Source: the human T2T-CHM13v2.0 reference genome, Homo sapiens. Taken from it: 64,000 nucleotides of DNA. Shown one piece after another: positions 13,171 to 25,500 of the stretch (positions are counted from its first letter, which is position 1; each line of letters begins with the position of its first letter). The notes under the pieces were generated by a model, which saw only the letters and a list, made by a program, of their open reading frames with translations, did no database searches and was not told where the DNA came from. The stretch lies in NCBI RefSeq assembly GCF_009914755.1, contig NC_060933.1; one strand, 5' to 3'. Both the position numbers and the translations under genes were made by a program.

Positions 13171-13557
13171 CTTCTTTAGGCAAAGCGCATATAAGGCTTA
13201 CGTCACATAGGTGATCCATCCAGTGATATGTCACGAAAGTCCCTGTAGACAGAGCCTAGAAACGAGTTACATCTGCTGGTTGATCAGTGCAGATATTTGA
13301 CACAAATTACATCTCCTGGGTGATCAATGCAGAAATATGTCACAAACCCCTGTCGGCCGATCCAAGACAAGAGTTACATCTCCTGGGTGATCAGTGCAAA
13401 GATATGTCACGAAGCCCCCTGTAGACAAATCCCAGAAAATTGGTAAATCACCTGGTCGATCAGTGGACATCTCTGTCACAATCCCCTTTAGGCGCAGCTT
13501 AGACAAGCGTTACATCAGATGAGCGATCAGTTCAGAGGGATGTAACCGTGCCCCCAT
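13171..13557. repeat. Diverged, rearranged terminal beta-satellite fragment
   Basis: 13171-13305 aligns to HOR positions about 2580-2596 plus 1-119 (about 22 differences in 136 bp). 13306-13557 aligns to HOR positions about 558-808 (about 21 differences in 250 bp). GATC cores at 13282 and 13322 are only 40 bp apart, indicating a fused monomer. Confidence 0.85.
13554..13557. other. Beta satellite / HSat3 junction with CCAT microhomology
   Basis: The sequence reads ...AACCGTGCCC-CCAT-TCCATTCC... The homologous beta monomer reads GTGCCCCCATAGG (HOR 799-811) and HSat3 reads CCATTCCATT, so CCAT belongs to both. There is no inserted sequence. Confidence 0.85.
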
Positions 13558-14378
13558 TCCATTCCATTGCATTCCCTTCCATTGCATTCGAGTGGATTCC
13601 ATTCCATTCCATTCCATTCCATTCCATTCAATTCCATCCCATTCCATTACATTCCTTTCCATTCCATTCCACTCGGGTTGATTCCATTCCATTCCTTTCC
13701 ATTCCAATCCCTTCCCTTCCATTCCACTCGGGTTGATTCCATTCCTTTCCATTCCACTCGATTACATTCCCTTCTAAGCCACTCGGAGTGATTCCGTTCC
13801 ATTCTATTCCATTCCATTTAATTCCATTCCATTCTATTCAGTACCATTCCATTCCATTGCATTGCATTCCTTTCCAGGCCATTCCACTCGGGTTCATTCC
13901 ATTCCATTCCATTCCATTCCATTCCATTCCTTTCCATTCCATTCCATTCCCTTCCATTCCACTCGGGTTGATTCCATTCCTTTCCATTCCACTCGATTAC
14001 ATTCCCTTCCATTCCACTCGGAATGATTCCATTCCATTCCATTGCATTCCATTCCTATCCATTCCATTCCATTCCATTCCACTCGAATTGATTCCATTCC
14101 ATTCCATTCCATTCCATTCCATTCCATTCCATTCCATTCCATTCCATTCCATTCCATTACTTTCCATTCCTTTCCGTTCCATTCCATTCCATTCAATTCC
14201 ATTTGGGTTGATTCCATTCCATTCCATTCCATTCTATTCCATTCCACTCCATTCCATGCGGGATGATTCCATTCCATTCCATTCCGTTCCATTCCATTCC
14301 ATTCCATTCCATTCCATTCCATTCCACTAGGGTTGATTCCGTTCCTTTCCTTTCCATTCCATTCCATTCCATTCCCTT

Positions 14379-17300
14379 CCATTCCACTCGGGTTGATTCC
14401 ATTCCTTTCCATTACACTCGATTACATTCCCTTCCATTCCACTCGGATTCATTCTATTCCATTCCATTGCATTCCATTCCAATCCATTCCTTTCCATTCC
14501 ATTCCACTCGTGGTGATTCCATTGCATTCAATTCCATTCCATTCCGTTCCATTCCATTCCGTTCCGTTCCATTCTGTTCCATTCCATTCCATTCCATTCC
14601 ATTCCATTCGTGTTGATTCTATTCAATTCCTTTACACTCCATTATATTCCATTCCATTCAACACAATTCCATTCCATTCCATTCCATTGCATTCCATTTC
14701 AATCCATTTCATTCAATTCCATTCCACTCGAGTTGATTCCATTCCATTCCATTCCATTCCATTCCATTCCATTCCATTCCATTCAATTCCTTTCCATTCC
14801 ATTCCCTTCCATTCCATTCTATTCCATTCCATTCGGGTTGATTCTATTCAATTCCTTTACACTCCATTCCATTACTTTCCATTCCACACAATTCCATTCC
14901 ATTCCATTCCATTCCAATTGGGTTGAATCCATTTCATTCCATTTCGTTCCATTCCATTTTATTCCGTACCATTACATTCCTTTCTATTCCATGCCATTCC
15001 ACTCGGGTTGATTCCAATCCATTGCATTCTATTCGGGTTGATTCCATTCCATTCCATTCCATTCCATTCCATTCCATTCCATTCCATTCCATTCCATTCC
15101 ATTGCATTCCACTGCACTCGAGTTGATTCCATTCCATTCCATTCCATTGCATTCCATTCCATTCCATTCCATTCCATTCCATTCGATTGTACTCCATTTG
15201 ATTCGATTCCATTCCATTCCATTCCATTCCATTTCATTGCATTCCACTGCACTCGAGTTGATTCCATTCCATTCCATTCCATTCCATTGTACTCGAGTTG
15301 ATTCCATTCCATTCCACTCCTTTCCATTCCATTCCACTCGTGTTGATTCCATTCTATTCTTTTCCATTCGATTCTATTCCCTTCCATTCCACTCGGGTTG
15401 ATTCCATTCCTTTCCATTCCACTCGAATACATTCCCTTCTATTCCACTCGGAATGATTCGACTCCATTCCATTCCATTCCATTCCATTCCATTCCACTCT
15501 GTTTGATTCATTTCCATTCCTTTCCATTCCACGCGATTTGATTCCATTCCATTCTATTCCGTTTCATTCCATTCCACGCCATACGATTCCATTCCATTCA
15601 ATTCCATTCGGGTACATTCCATTCCATTCCATTCCAATCAATTCCATTCCATTCTGGTATTTTCCATTCCATTCCATTCCATTCCATTCCATTCCATTCC
15701 ATTGCACTCGGGTTGATTCCGTTCTTTTCCATTCCACTCGATTAAATTCCCTTGCATTCCACTCGGAATGATTCCATTCCATTCCATTCCATTCCATTGC
15801 ATTCTATTCAAATCCATTCCATTCCATTCCATTCCACCCGAGTTGATTCCATTCCATTCCATTCCATTCCATTCCGTTTCATTCCATTCCAGTCAATTCG
15901 GGTTGATTCTATTCAATTCCTTTACACTCCATTCCATTCATTTCCATTCCACGCAATTCCATTCCATTCCATTCTATTGCAATTGTGTTGAATCCAATCC
16001 ATTCCATTTCGTTCCATTCCATTTTATTCCGTACCATTCCATTCCATTCCATTCCATTCCATTCCATTCCATTCCATTCCATTCCATGCCATTCCACTCG
16101 GGTTGATTCCATTCCACTCCATTCCATTCGGGTTGATTCCATTCCATTCCATTCCATTCCATGCCATTGCTCTCGGGTTGATTCCATTCAATTCCATTCC
16201 ATTCCGTTCCATTCCATTCCATTCCATTCCATTCCATTCCATTCCATTGCACTCGGGTTGATTCCGTTCTTTTCCATTCCACTCGATTAAATTCCCTTGC
16301 ATTCCACTCGGAATGATTCCATTCCATTCCATTCCATTCCATTGCTGTCTATTCAAATCCATTCCATTCCATTCCATTCCACCCGAGTTGATTCCATTCC
16401 ATTCCATTCCATTCCATTCCATTCCATTCCATTCCATTCCATTCCATTCCGTTTCATTCCATTCCAGTCAATTCGGGTTGATTCTATTCAATTCCTTTAC
16501 ACTCCATTCCATTCATTTCCATTCCACACAATTCCATTCCATTCCATTCTATTGCAATTGTGTTGAATCCAATCCATTCCATTTCGTTCCATTCCATTTT
16601 ATTCCGTACCATTCCATTCCATTCCATTCCATTCCATTCCATTCCATTCCATGCCATTCCACTCGGGTTGATTCCATTCCACTCCATTCCATTCGGGTTG
16701 ATTCCATTCCATTCCATTCCATTCCATGCCATTGCTCTCGGGTTGATTCCATTCAATTCCATTCCATTCCGTTCCATTCCATTCCATTCCATTCCATTCC
16801 ATTCCATTCCATTCCAATTGGGTTGAATCCATTTCATTCCATTTCATTCCATTCCATTCTATTCCGTACCATTCAATTCCATTCCATTCCTTTCCATTCC
16901 ATGCCATTCCACTAGGGTTGATTCCATTTCTTTCCATTCTATTCTGGTTGATTCCATTGCATTCCATTCCATTCCATTCCATTCCATTCCATTCCATTCC
17001 ATTCCATTCCGATCCGCTCCGTTTCATTCCATCCCATTCCATTCTGGTTGATTCTATTCAATTCCTTTACACTCCATTCCATTCCATTCCTTTCCACACA
17101 ATTCCATTCCTTTCCATTCCATTCCAAGTGGGTTGAATCCATTCTAGTCCATTTCGTTCCTTTCATTTCTATTCCGTATCATTCCATTCCATTCCATTGC
17201 ATTCCATTCCATTCCATTCCATTCCATTCCATTCCATTCCATTCCATTCCATTCCATTTCACTCTGGTTGACTCCATTCCATTCCTTTCCATTCCATTCC

Positions 17301-20300
17301 ATTCCCTTCCATTCCACTCGGGTTGATTCCATTCATTTCCATTCCACTCGATTACATTCCCTTCCCTTCTACGCGGAATGAGTCCATTGCATTCCACTCT
17401 ATTACATTCCAATCCATTCCATTCCATTCCATTCCACTCGAGTTGATTCCATTCCATTCCTTTCCATTGCATTCCATTCCATTCCATTCTATTCCATTCC
17501 ATTCCATTCCATTCCATTCCGATCCGCTCCGTTCCATTCCATCCCATTCCATTCGGGTTGATTCTATTCAATTCCTTTACACTCCATTCCATTCCATTCC
17601 TTTCCACACAATTCCATTCCTTTCCATTCCATTCCAAGTGGGTTGTATCCATTCTAGTCCATTTCGTTCCTTTCATTTCTATTCCGTATCATTCCATTCC
17701 ATTCCATTGCATTCCATTCCATTCCATTCCTTTCCATTCCATTCGATTCCATTCCATTCCATTCCCTTCCATTCCATTCGGGTTGATTCCATTCATTTCC
17801 ATTCCACTCGATTACATTCACTTCCCTTCTACACGGAATGATTCCATTGCATTCCACTCTATTACATTCCAATCCATTCCATTCCATTCCATTCCACTCG
17901 AGTTGATTCCATTCCATTCCTTTCCATTGCATTCCATTCCATTCCATTCCATTCCTTTCCATTCCATTCCATTCCATTCCATTCCATTCCATTCCATTCA
18001 ATTCCATTCCATTCGGGTTGATTCTATTCAATTCCGTTACACTCCATTCCATTCCATTCCATTCCACACAGTTCCATTCCATTCCATTTCAATTGGGTTG
18101 AACCCATTCCATTCCATTTCGTTCCATTCCATTCTATTCCTTACCATTCCATTCCACTTCATTCCATTCCATTCCATTGCATTCCATTCCATTCCATTCC
18201 ATTCGGGTTGATTCTACTCAATTCCTTTACACTCCATTCCATTCCATTCCACACAATTCCATTCCATTCCATTCCAAATGGGTTGAATCCATTCCATTCC
18301 ATTTCGTTCCATTCCATTCTATTCCATACCATTCCATTCCATTCCATTCCATTCCTTTCCATTCCATGCCATTCCACTCGTGTTGATTCCATTCCATTCC
18401 ATTCTATTCGGGTTGATTCCATTGCATTCCATTCCATTCCTTTCCATTCCATTGCATTCCATTCCATTCCGTTGCACTCGAGTTGATTCCATTCCATTCC
18501 ACTCCATTCCACTTGGGTTCATTCCATTCTATTACTTTCCATTCCATTCCATTCTCTTGCAGTCCACTCGGGTTGATTCCATTCCTTTCCATTCCACTCG
18601 GATACATTCCATTCTATTCCACTCGAAATGATTCCTTTCCTTTCCATTCCATTCCTGTTGGGTTGAATCTATTCCATTCCATTTCGTTCCATTATATTCT
18701 ATTCCTCACCATTCCATTCCTTTCCATTAGATTCCAATCCATGCCATTCCACTCGGGTTGATTCCATTCCTTTCCATTACACTCGATTACATTCCCTTCC
18801 ATTCCACTCGGATTCATTCTATTCCATTCCATTGCATTCCATTCCAATCCATTCCTTTCCATTCCATTCCACTCGTGGTGATTCCATTGCATTCAATTCC
18901 ATTCCATTCCGTTCCATTCCATTCCGTTCCGTTCCATTCTGTTCCATTCCATTCCATTCCATTCCATTCCATTCGTGTTGATTCTATTCAATTCCTTTAC
19001 ACTCCATTATATTCCATTCCATTCAACACAATTCCATTCCATTCCATTCCATTGCATTCCATTTCAATCCATTTCATTCAATTCCATTCCACTCGAGTTG
19101 ATTCCATTCCATTCCATTCCATTCCATTCCATTCCATTCCATTCCATTCCATTCAATTCCTTTCCATTCCATTCCCTTCCATTCCATTCTATTCCATTCC
19201 ATTCGGGTTGATTCTATTCAATTCCTTTACACTCCATTCCATTACTTTCCATTCCACACAATTCCATTCCATTCCATTCCATTCCAATTGGGTTGAATCC
19301 ATTTCATTCCATTTCGTTCCATTCCATTTTATTCCGTACCATTACATTCCTTTCTATTCCATGCCATTCCACTCGGGTTGATTCCAATCCATTGCATTCT
19401 ATTCGGGTTGATTCCATTCCATTCCATTCCATTCCATTCCATTCCATTCCATTCCATTCCATTCCATTGCATTCCACTGCACTCGAGTTGATTCCATTCC
19501 ATTCCATTCCATTGCATTCCATTCCATTCCATTCCATTCCATTCCATTCGATTGTACTCCATTTGATTCGATTCCATTCCATTCCATTCCATTCCATTTC
19601 ATTGCATTCCACTGCACTCGAGTTGATTCCATTCCATTCCATTCCATTCCATTGTACTCGAGTTGATTCCATTCCATTCCACTCCTTTCCATTCCATTCC
19701 ACTCGTGTTGATTCCATTCTATTCTTTTCCATTCGATTCTATTCCCTTCCATTCCACTCGGGTTGATTCCATTCCTTTCCATTCCACTCGAATACATTCC
19801 CTTCTATTCCACTCGGAATGATTCGACTCCATTCCATTCCATTCCATTCCATTCCATTCCACTCTGTTTGATTCATTTCCATTCCTTTCCATTCCACGCG
19901 ATTTGATTCCATTCCATTCTATTCCGTTTCATTCCATTCCACGCCATACGATTCCATTCCATTCAATTCCATTCGGGTACATTCCATTCCATTCCATTCC
20001 AATCAATTCCATTCCATTCTGGTATTTTCCATTCCATTCCATTCCATTCCATTCCATTCCATTCCATTGCACTCGGGTTGATTCCGTTCTTTTCCATTCC
20101 ACTCGATTAAATTCCCTTGCATTCCACTCGGAATGATTCCATTCCATTCCATTCCATTCCATTGCATTCTATTCAAATCCATTCCATTCCATTCCATTCC
20201 ACCCGAGTTGATTCCATTCCATTCCATTCCATTCCATTCCGTTTCATTCCATTCCAGTCAATTCGGGTTGATTCTATTCAATTCCTTTACACTCCATTCC

Positions 20301-23130
20301 ATTCATTTCCATTCCACGCAATTCCATTCCATTCCATTCTATTGCAATTGTGTTGAATCCAATACATTCCATTTCGTTCCATTCCATTTTATTCCGTACC
20401 ATTCAATTCCATTCCATTCCATTCCATTCCATTCCATTCCATTCCATGCCATTCCACTCGGGTTGATTCCATTCCACTCCATTCCATTCGGGTTGATTCC
20501 ATTCCATTCCATTCCGTTCCATGCCATTGCTCTCGGGTTGATTCCATTCAATTCCATTCCATTCCGTTCCATTCCATTCCATTCCATTCCATTCCATTCC
20601 ATTCCATTGCACTCGGGTTGATTCCGTTCTTTTCCATTCCACTCGATTAAATTCCCTTGCATTCCACTCGGAATGATTCCATTCCATTCCATTCCATTCC
20701 ATTGCTGTCTATTCAAATCCATTCCATTCCATTCCATTCCACCCGAGTTGATTCCATTCCATTCCATTCCATTCCATTCCATTCCATTCCATTCCATTCC
20801 ATTCCATTCCGTTTCATTCCATTCCAGTCAATTCGGGTTGATTCTATTCAATTCCTTTACACTCCATTCCATTCATTTCCATTCCACACAATTCCATTCC
20901 ATTCCATTCTATTGCAATTGTGTTGAATCCAATCCATTCCATTTCGTTCCATTCCATTTTATTCCGTACCATTCCATTCCATTCCATTCCATTCCATTCC
21001 ATTCCATTCCATGCCATTCCACTCGGGTTGATTCCATTCCACTCCATTCCATTCGGGTTGATTCCATTCCATTCCATTCCATTCCATGCCATTGCTCTCG
21101 GGTTGATTCCATTCAATTCCATTCCATTCCGTTCCATTCCATTCCATTCCATTCCATTCCATTCCATTCCATACCATTCCAATTGGGTTGAATCCATTTC
21201 ATTCCATTTCATTCCATTCCATTCTATTCCGTACCATTCAATTCCATTCCATTCCTTTCCATTCCATGCCATTCCACTAGGGTTGATTCCATTTCTTTCC
21301 ATTCTATTCTGGTTGATTCCATTGCATTCCATTCCATTCCATTCCATTCCATTCCATTCCATTCCATTCCATTCCGATCCGCTCCGTTTCATTCCATCCC
21401 ATTCCATTCTGGTTGATTCTATTCAATTCCTTTACACTCCATTCCATTCCATTCCTTTCCACACAATTCCATTCCTTTCCATTCCATTCCAAGTGGGTTG
21501 AATCCATTCTAGTCCATTTCGTTCCTTTCATTTCTATTCCGTATCATTCCATTCCATTCCATTGCATTCCATTCCATTCCATTCCATTCCATTCCATTCC
21601 ATTCCATTCCATTCCATTCCATTCCATTTCACTCTGGTTGATTCCATTCCATTCCTTTCCATTCCATTCCATTCCCTTCCATTCCACTCGGGTTGATTCC
21701 ATTCATTTCCATTCCACTCGATTACATTCCCTTCCCTTCTACGCGGAATGAGTCCATTGCATTCCACTCTATTACATTCCAATCCATTCCATTCCATTCC
21801 ATTCCACTCGAGTTGATTCCATTCCATTCCTTTCCATTGCATTCCATTCCATTCCATTCTATTCCATTCCATTCCATTCCATTCCATTCCGATCCGCTCC
21901 GTTCCATTCCATCCCATTCCATTCGGGTTGATTCTATTCAATTCCTTTACACTCCATTCCATTCCATTCCTTTCCACACAATTCCATTCCTTTCCATTCC
22001 ATTCCAAGTGGGTTGTATCCATTCTAGTCCATTTCGTTCCTTTCATTTCTATTCCGTATCATTCCATTCCATTCCATTGCATTCCATTCCATTCCATTCC
22101 TTTCCATTCCATTCGATTCCATTCCATTCCATTCCCTTCCATTCCATTCGGGTTGATTCCATTCATTTCCATTCCACTCGATTACATTCACTTCCCTTCT
22201 ACACGGAATGATTCCATTGCATTCCACTCTATTACATTCCAATCCATTCCATTCCATTCCATTCCACTCGAGTTGATTCCATTCCATTCCTTTCCATTGC
22301 ATTCCATTCCATTCCATTCCATTCCTTTCCATTCCATTCCATTCCATTCCATTCCATTCAATTCCATTCCATTCGGGTTGATTCTATTCAATTCCGTTAC
22401 ACTCCATTCCATTCCATTCCATTCCACACAGTTCCATTCCATTCCATTTCAATTGGGTTGAACCCATTCCATTCCATTTCGTTCCATTCCATTCTATTCC
22501 TTACCATTCCATTCCACTTCATTCCATTCCATTCCATTGCATTCCATTCCATTCCATTCCATTCGGGTTGATTCTACTCAATTCCTTTACACTCCATTCC
22601 ATTCCATTCCACACAATTCCATTCCATTCCATTCCAAATGGGTTGAATCCATTCCATTCCATTTCGTTCCATTCCATTCTATTCCATACCATTCCATTCC
22701 ATTCCATTCCATTCCTTTCCATTCCATGCCATTCCACTCGTGTTGATTCCATTCCATTCCATTCTATTCGGGTTGATTCCATTGCATTCCATTCCATTCC
22801 TTTCCATTCCATTGCATTCCATTCCATTCCGTTGCACTCGAGTTGATTCCATTCCATTCCACTCCATTCCACTTGGGTTCATTCCATTCTATTACTTTCC
22901 ATTCCATTCCATTCTCTTGCAGTCCACTCGGGTTGATTCCATTCCTTTCCATTCCACTCGGATACATTCCCTTCTATTCCACTCGAAATGATTCCTTTCC
23001 TTTCCATTCCATTCCTGTTGGGTTGAATCTATTCCATTCCATTTCGTTCCATTATATTCTATTCCTTACCATTCCATTCCTTTCCATTAGATTCCAATCC
23101 ATGCCATTCCACTCGGGTTGATTCCATTCC
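14379..23130 (+). repeat. HSat3 tandem duplication, unit about 4365 bp (about 14379-18743 and 18744-23103)
   Basis: Unique variants recur at +4360 to +4370 (ORFs 15538/19903, 16939/21304, 18159/22519; GATCCGCTCC at 17521/21891). Both ends lie in the motif CCATTCCACTCGGGTTGATTCCATTCC (14379, 18744, 23104). Confidence 0.92.
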
Positions 23131-25500
23131 ACTCCATTGCACTCGGGTTGATTCCATTCCTTTCCATGCCACTCGATTATATTCCCTTCCATTCCAATAG
23201 GGTTGAATCCATTCCATTCCATTTCGTTCCATTGCATTCCATTCCAATCCATTCCATTCCATTCCATTCCATTCCAATTGGGTTGAATCCATTCCATTCC
23301 ATTTCGTTCCATTCTATTCTATTCAGTACAATTGCATTCCATTCCATTCCATTCCATTCCATGCCATTCCACTCGGGTTGATTCCTTTCCATTCCATTCC
23401 ATTCGGGTAGATTATATTCCATTCCATTCCATTCCATTCCATTCCATTCCATTCCATTCCATTCCATTGCAGTCGAGTTGATTCCATTCCATTCCACTGC
23501 ATTCCATTCAATTCCATTCCATTCCATTCCACTCCATTCCATTCGGGATGATTCCATTCCATTCCAATCCATTCCATTCCATTCCATTCCATTGCATTCC
23601 ATTCCATTCCATTCCACTCGTGTTGATTCCATTGCATTCCTTTCCATTCCATTCCATTCCCTTCCATTCCACTCGTGTTGATTCCATTCCTTTCCATTCC
23701 ACTCGATTACTTTCCCTTCCATTCCACTCGGAATGATTCCACTCCATTCGATTGCATTCCATTCCTGTCCATTCCATTCCATTCCATTCCACTCGAGTTG
23801 ATTCCATTCCATTCCATTCCATTCCAATCCATTCCATTCCCTTCCATTCCGTTCCATTCCATTCCATTCCATTCGGGTTGACTCTATTCAATTCCTTTAC
23901 ACTCCATTCCATTCTACTCAATTCCACACAATCCCTTTCCATTCCATTCCATTCCAATTGGGTTGTATCCGTTTCATTCCATTTCGTTCCATTCCATTCT
24001 ATTCCGTACCATTAAATTCCATTCCGTTCCTTTCATTCCATGCCATTCCACTCGGGTTGATTCCATTTCATTCTATTCTATTCACGTTGACTCCATTTCG
24101 TTCTATTCCATTCCATTCTATTCCATTCCATTCCATTCCATTTTACTGGGCTTGATTTCATTCTATTCCTTTCCATTTCATTCCATTCCCTTCCTTTCCA
24201 CTCGGGTTGATTCCATTCCTTTCCATTCCACTCGGATACATCCCCCTCTATTCCACTCGGAATTATTCCATTCCTTTCCATTCCATTCCATTCCATTCCA
24301 TTCCATTCCATTCCATTCCATTGAATTTCGTTCCATTCCATTCTATTCCGTAAAATTCCATTCCATTCCATTCCATTGCATTCCATTCCATTACAAGCCA
24401 TTCCACTCGGGTTGATTCCATTCCTTTCCACTCCATTCGGGTTGAATCCATTCCATTCCATTCCATTCCATTCCATTCCATTCCATTCCATTCCACTCCA
24501 CTCCATTCCATTCCATTCCATTGCACTCAGGTTGATTCCGTTCCATTCCATTCCACTTCATTCCATTCCATTCCATTGCATTCCATTCCATTCCATTCCA
24601 TTCGCGTTGATTCTATTCAATTCCTTTACACTCCATTCCATTCCATTCCACACAATTCCATTCCATTCCATTCCAAATGGGTTGAATCCATTCCATTCCA
24701 TTTCGTTCCATTCCATTCTATTCCGTACCATTCCATTCCATTCCATTCCATTCCTTTCCTTTCCATGCCATTCCACTCGTGTTGAGTCCATTCCATTCCA
24801 TTCTATTCGGGTTGATTCCATTGCATTCCATTCCATTCCTTTCCATTCCATTGCATTCCATTCCATTCCGTTGCACTCGAGTTGATTCCATTCCATTCCA
24901 CTCCATTCCACTTGGGTTCATTCCATTCTATTACTTTCCATTCCATTCCATTCTCTTGCAGTCCACTCGGGTTGATTCCATTCCTTTCCATTCCACTCGG
25001 ATACATTCCCTTCTATTCCACTCGAAATGATTCCATTCCTTTCCATTCCATTCCTCTTGGGTTGAATCCATTCCATTCCATTTCGTTCCATTATATTCTA
25101 TTCCGTACCATTCAATTCCTTTCCATTAGATTCCAATCCATGCCATTCCACTCGGGTTGATTCCATTCCACTCCATTGCACTCGGGTTGATTCCATTCCT
25201 TTCCATGCCACTAGATTATATTCCCTTCCATTCCAATTGGGTTGAATCCATTCCATTCCATTTCGTTTCATTGCATTCCATTCCAATCCATTCCATTCCA
25301 TTCCATTCCATTCCAATTGGGTTGAATCCATTCCATTCCATTTCGTTCCATTCCATTCTATTCCGTACAATTGCATTCCATTCCATTCCATTCCATTCCG
25401 TGCCATTCCACTCGGGTTGATTCCTTTCCATTCCATTCCATTCGGGTAGATTATATTCCATTCCATTCCATTCCATTCCATTCCATTCCATTCCATTCCA
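22510..25500 (+). repeat. Non-adjacent duplicated HSat3 block of about 0.95 kb (about 22510-23460 and 24550-25500, offset 2039)
   Basis: ORFs 22537/24576, 22843/24882 and 23118/25157 are all offset by 2039. Shared rare markers are CTCTTGCAGTCC, CCATTAGATTCC and GGGTAGATTATATTCC. Confidence 0.85.

Larger units (their letters stand above)
1..13557. repeat. Beta satellite (68-bp Sau3A/BSR family) tandem array
   Basis: Monomer of about 68 bp, consensus approximately GATCAGTGCAGAGATATGTCACAATGCCCCTGTAGGCAGAGCCTAGACAAGAGTTACATCACCTGGGT, recurring every 66-73 bp with a GATC (Sau3A) site in most monomers. It matches the primate beta-satellite consensus as I know it. The array runs off the left edge of the window. 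Confidence 0.96.

Noticed and set aside
42-13506. 60-119 aa Cys/His-rich ORFs with a repeated ITWVISAEICH motif, superficially like a repeat or metal-binding protein
   Set aside because: They are translations of the 68-69-bp satellite monomer. They recur at exactly the HOR period, occur on both strands, and have no gene context.
1-13557. CRISPR-like appearance (partly palindromic conserved ~36-bp core alternating with a more variable ~32 bp)
   Set aside because: The apparent spacers are homologous to each other, the cores are degenerate, the whole block repeats as a HOR, and there are no cas genes or leader.
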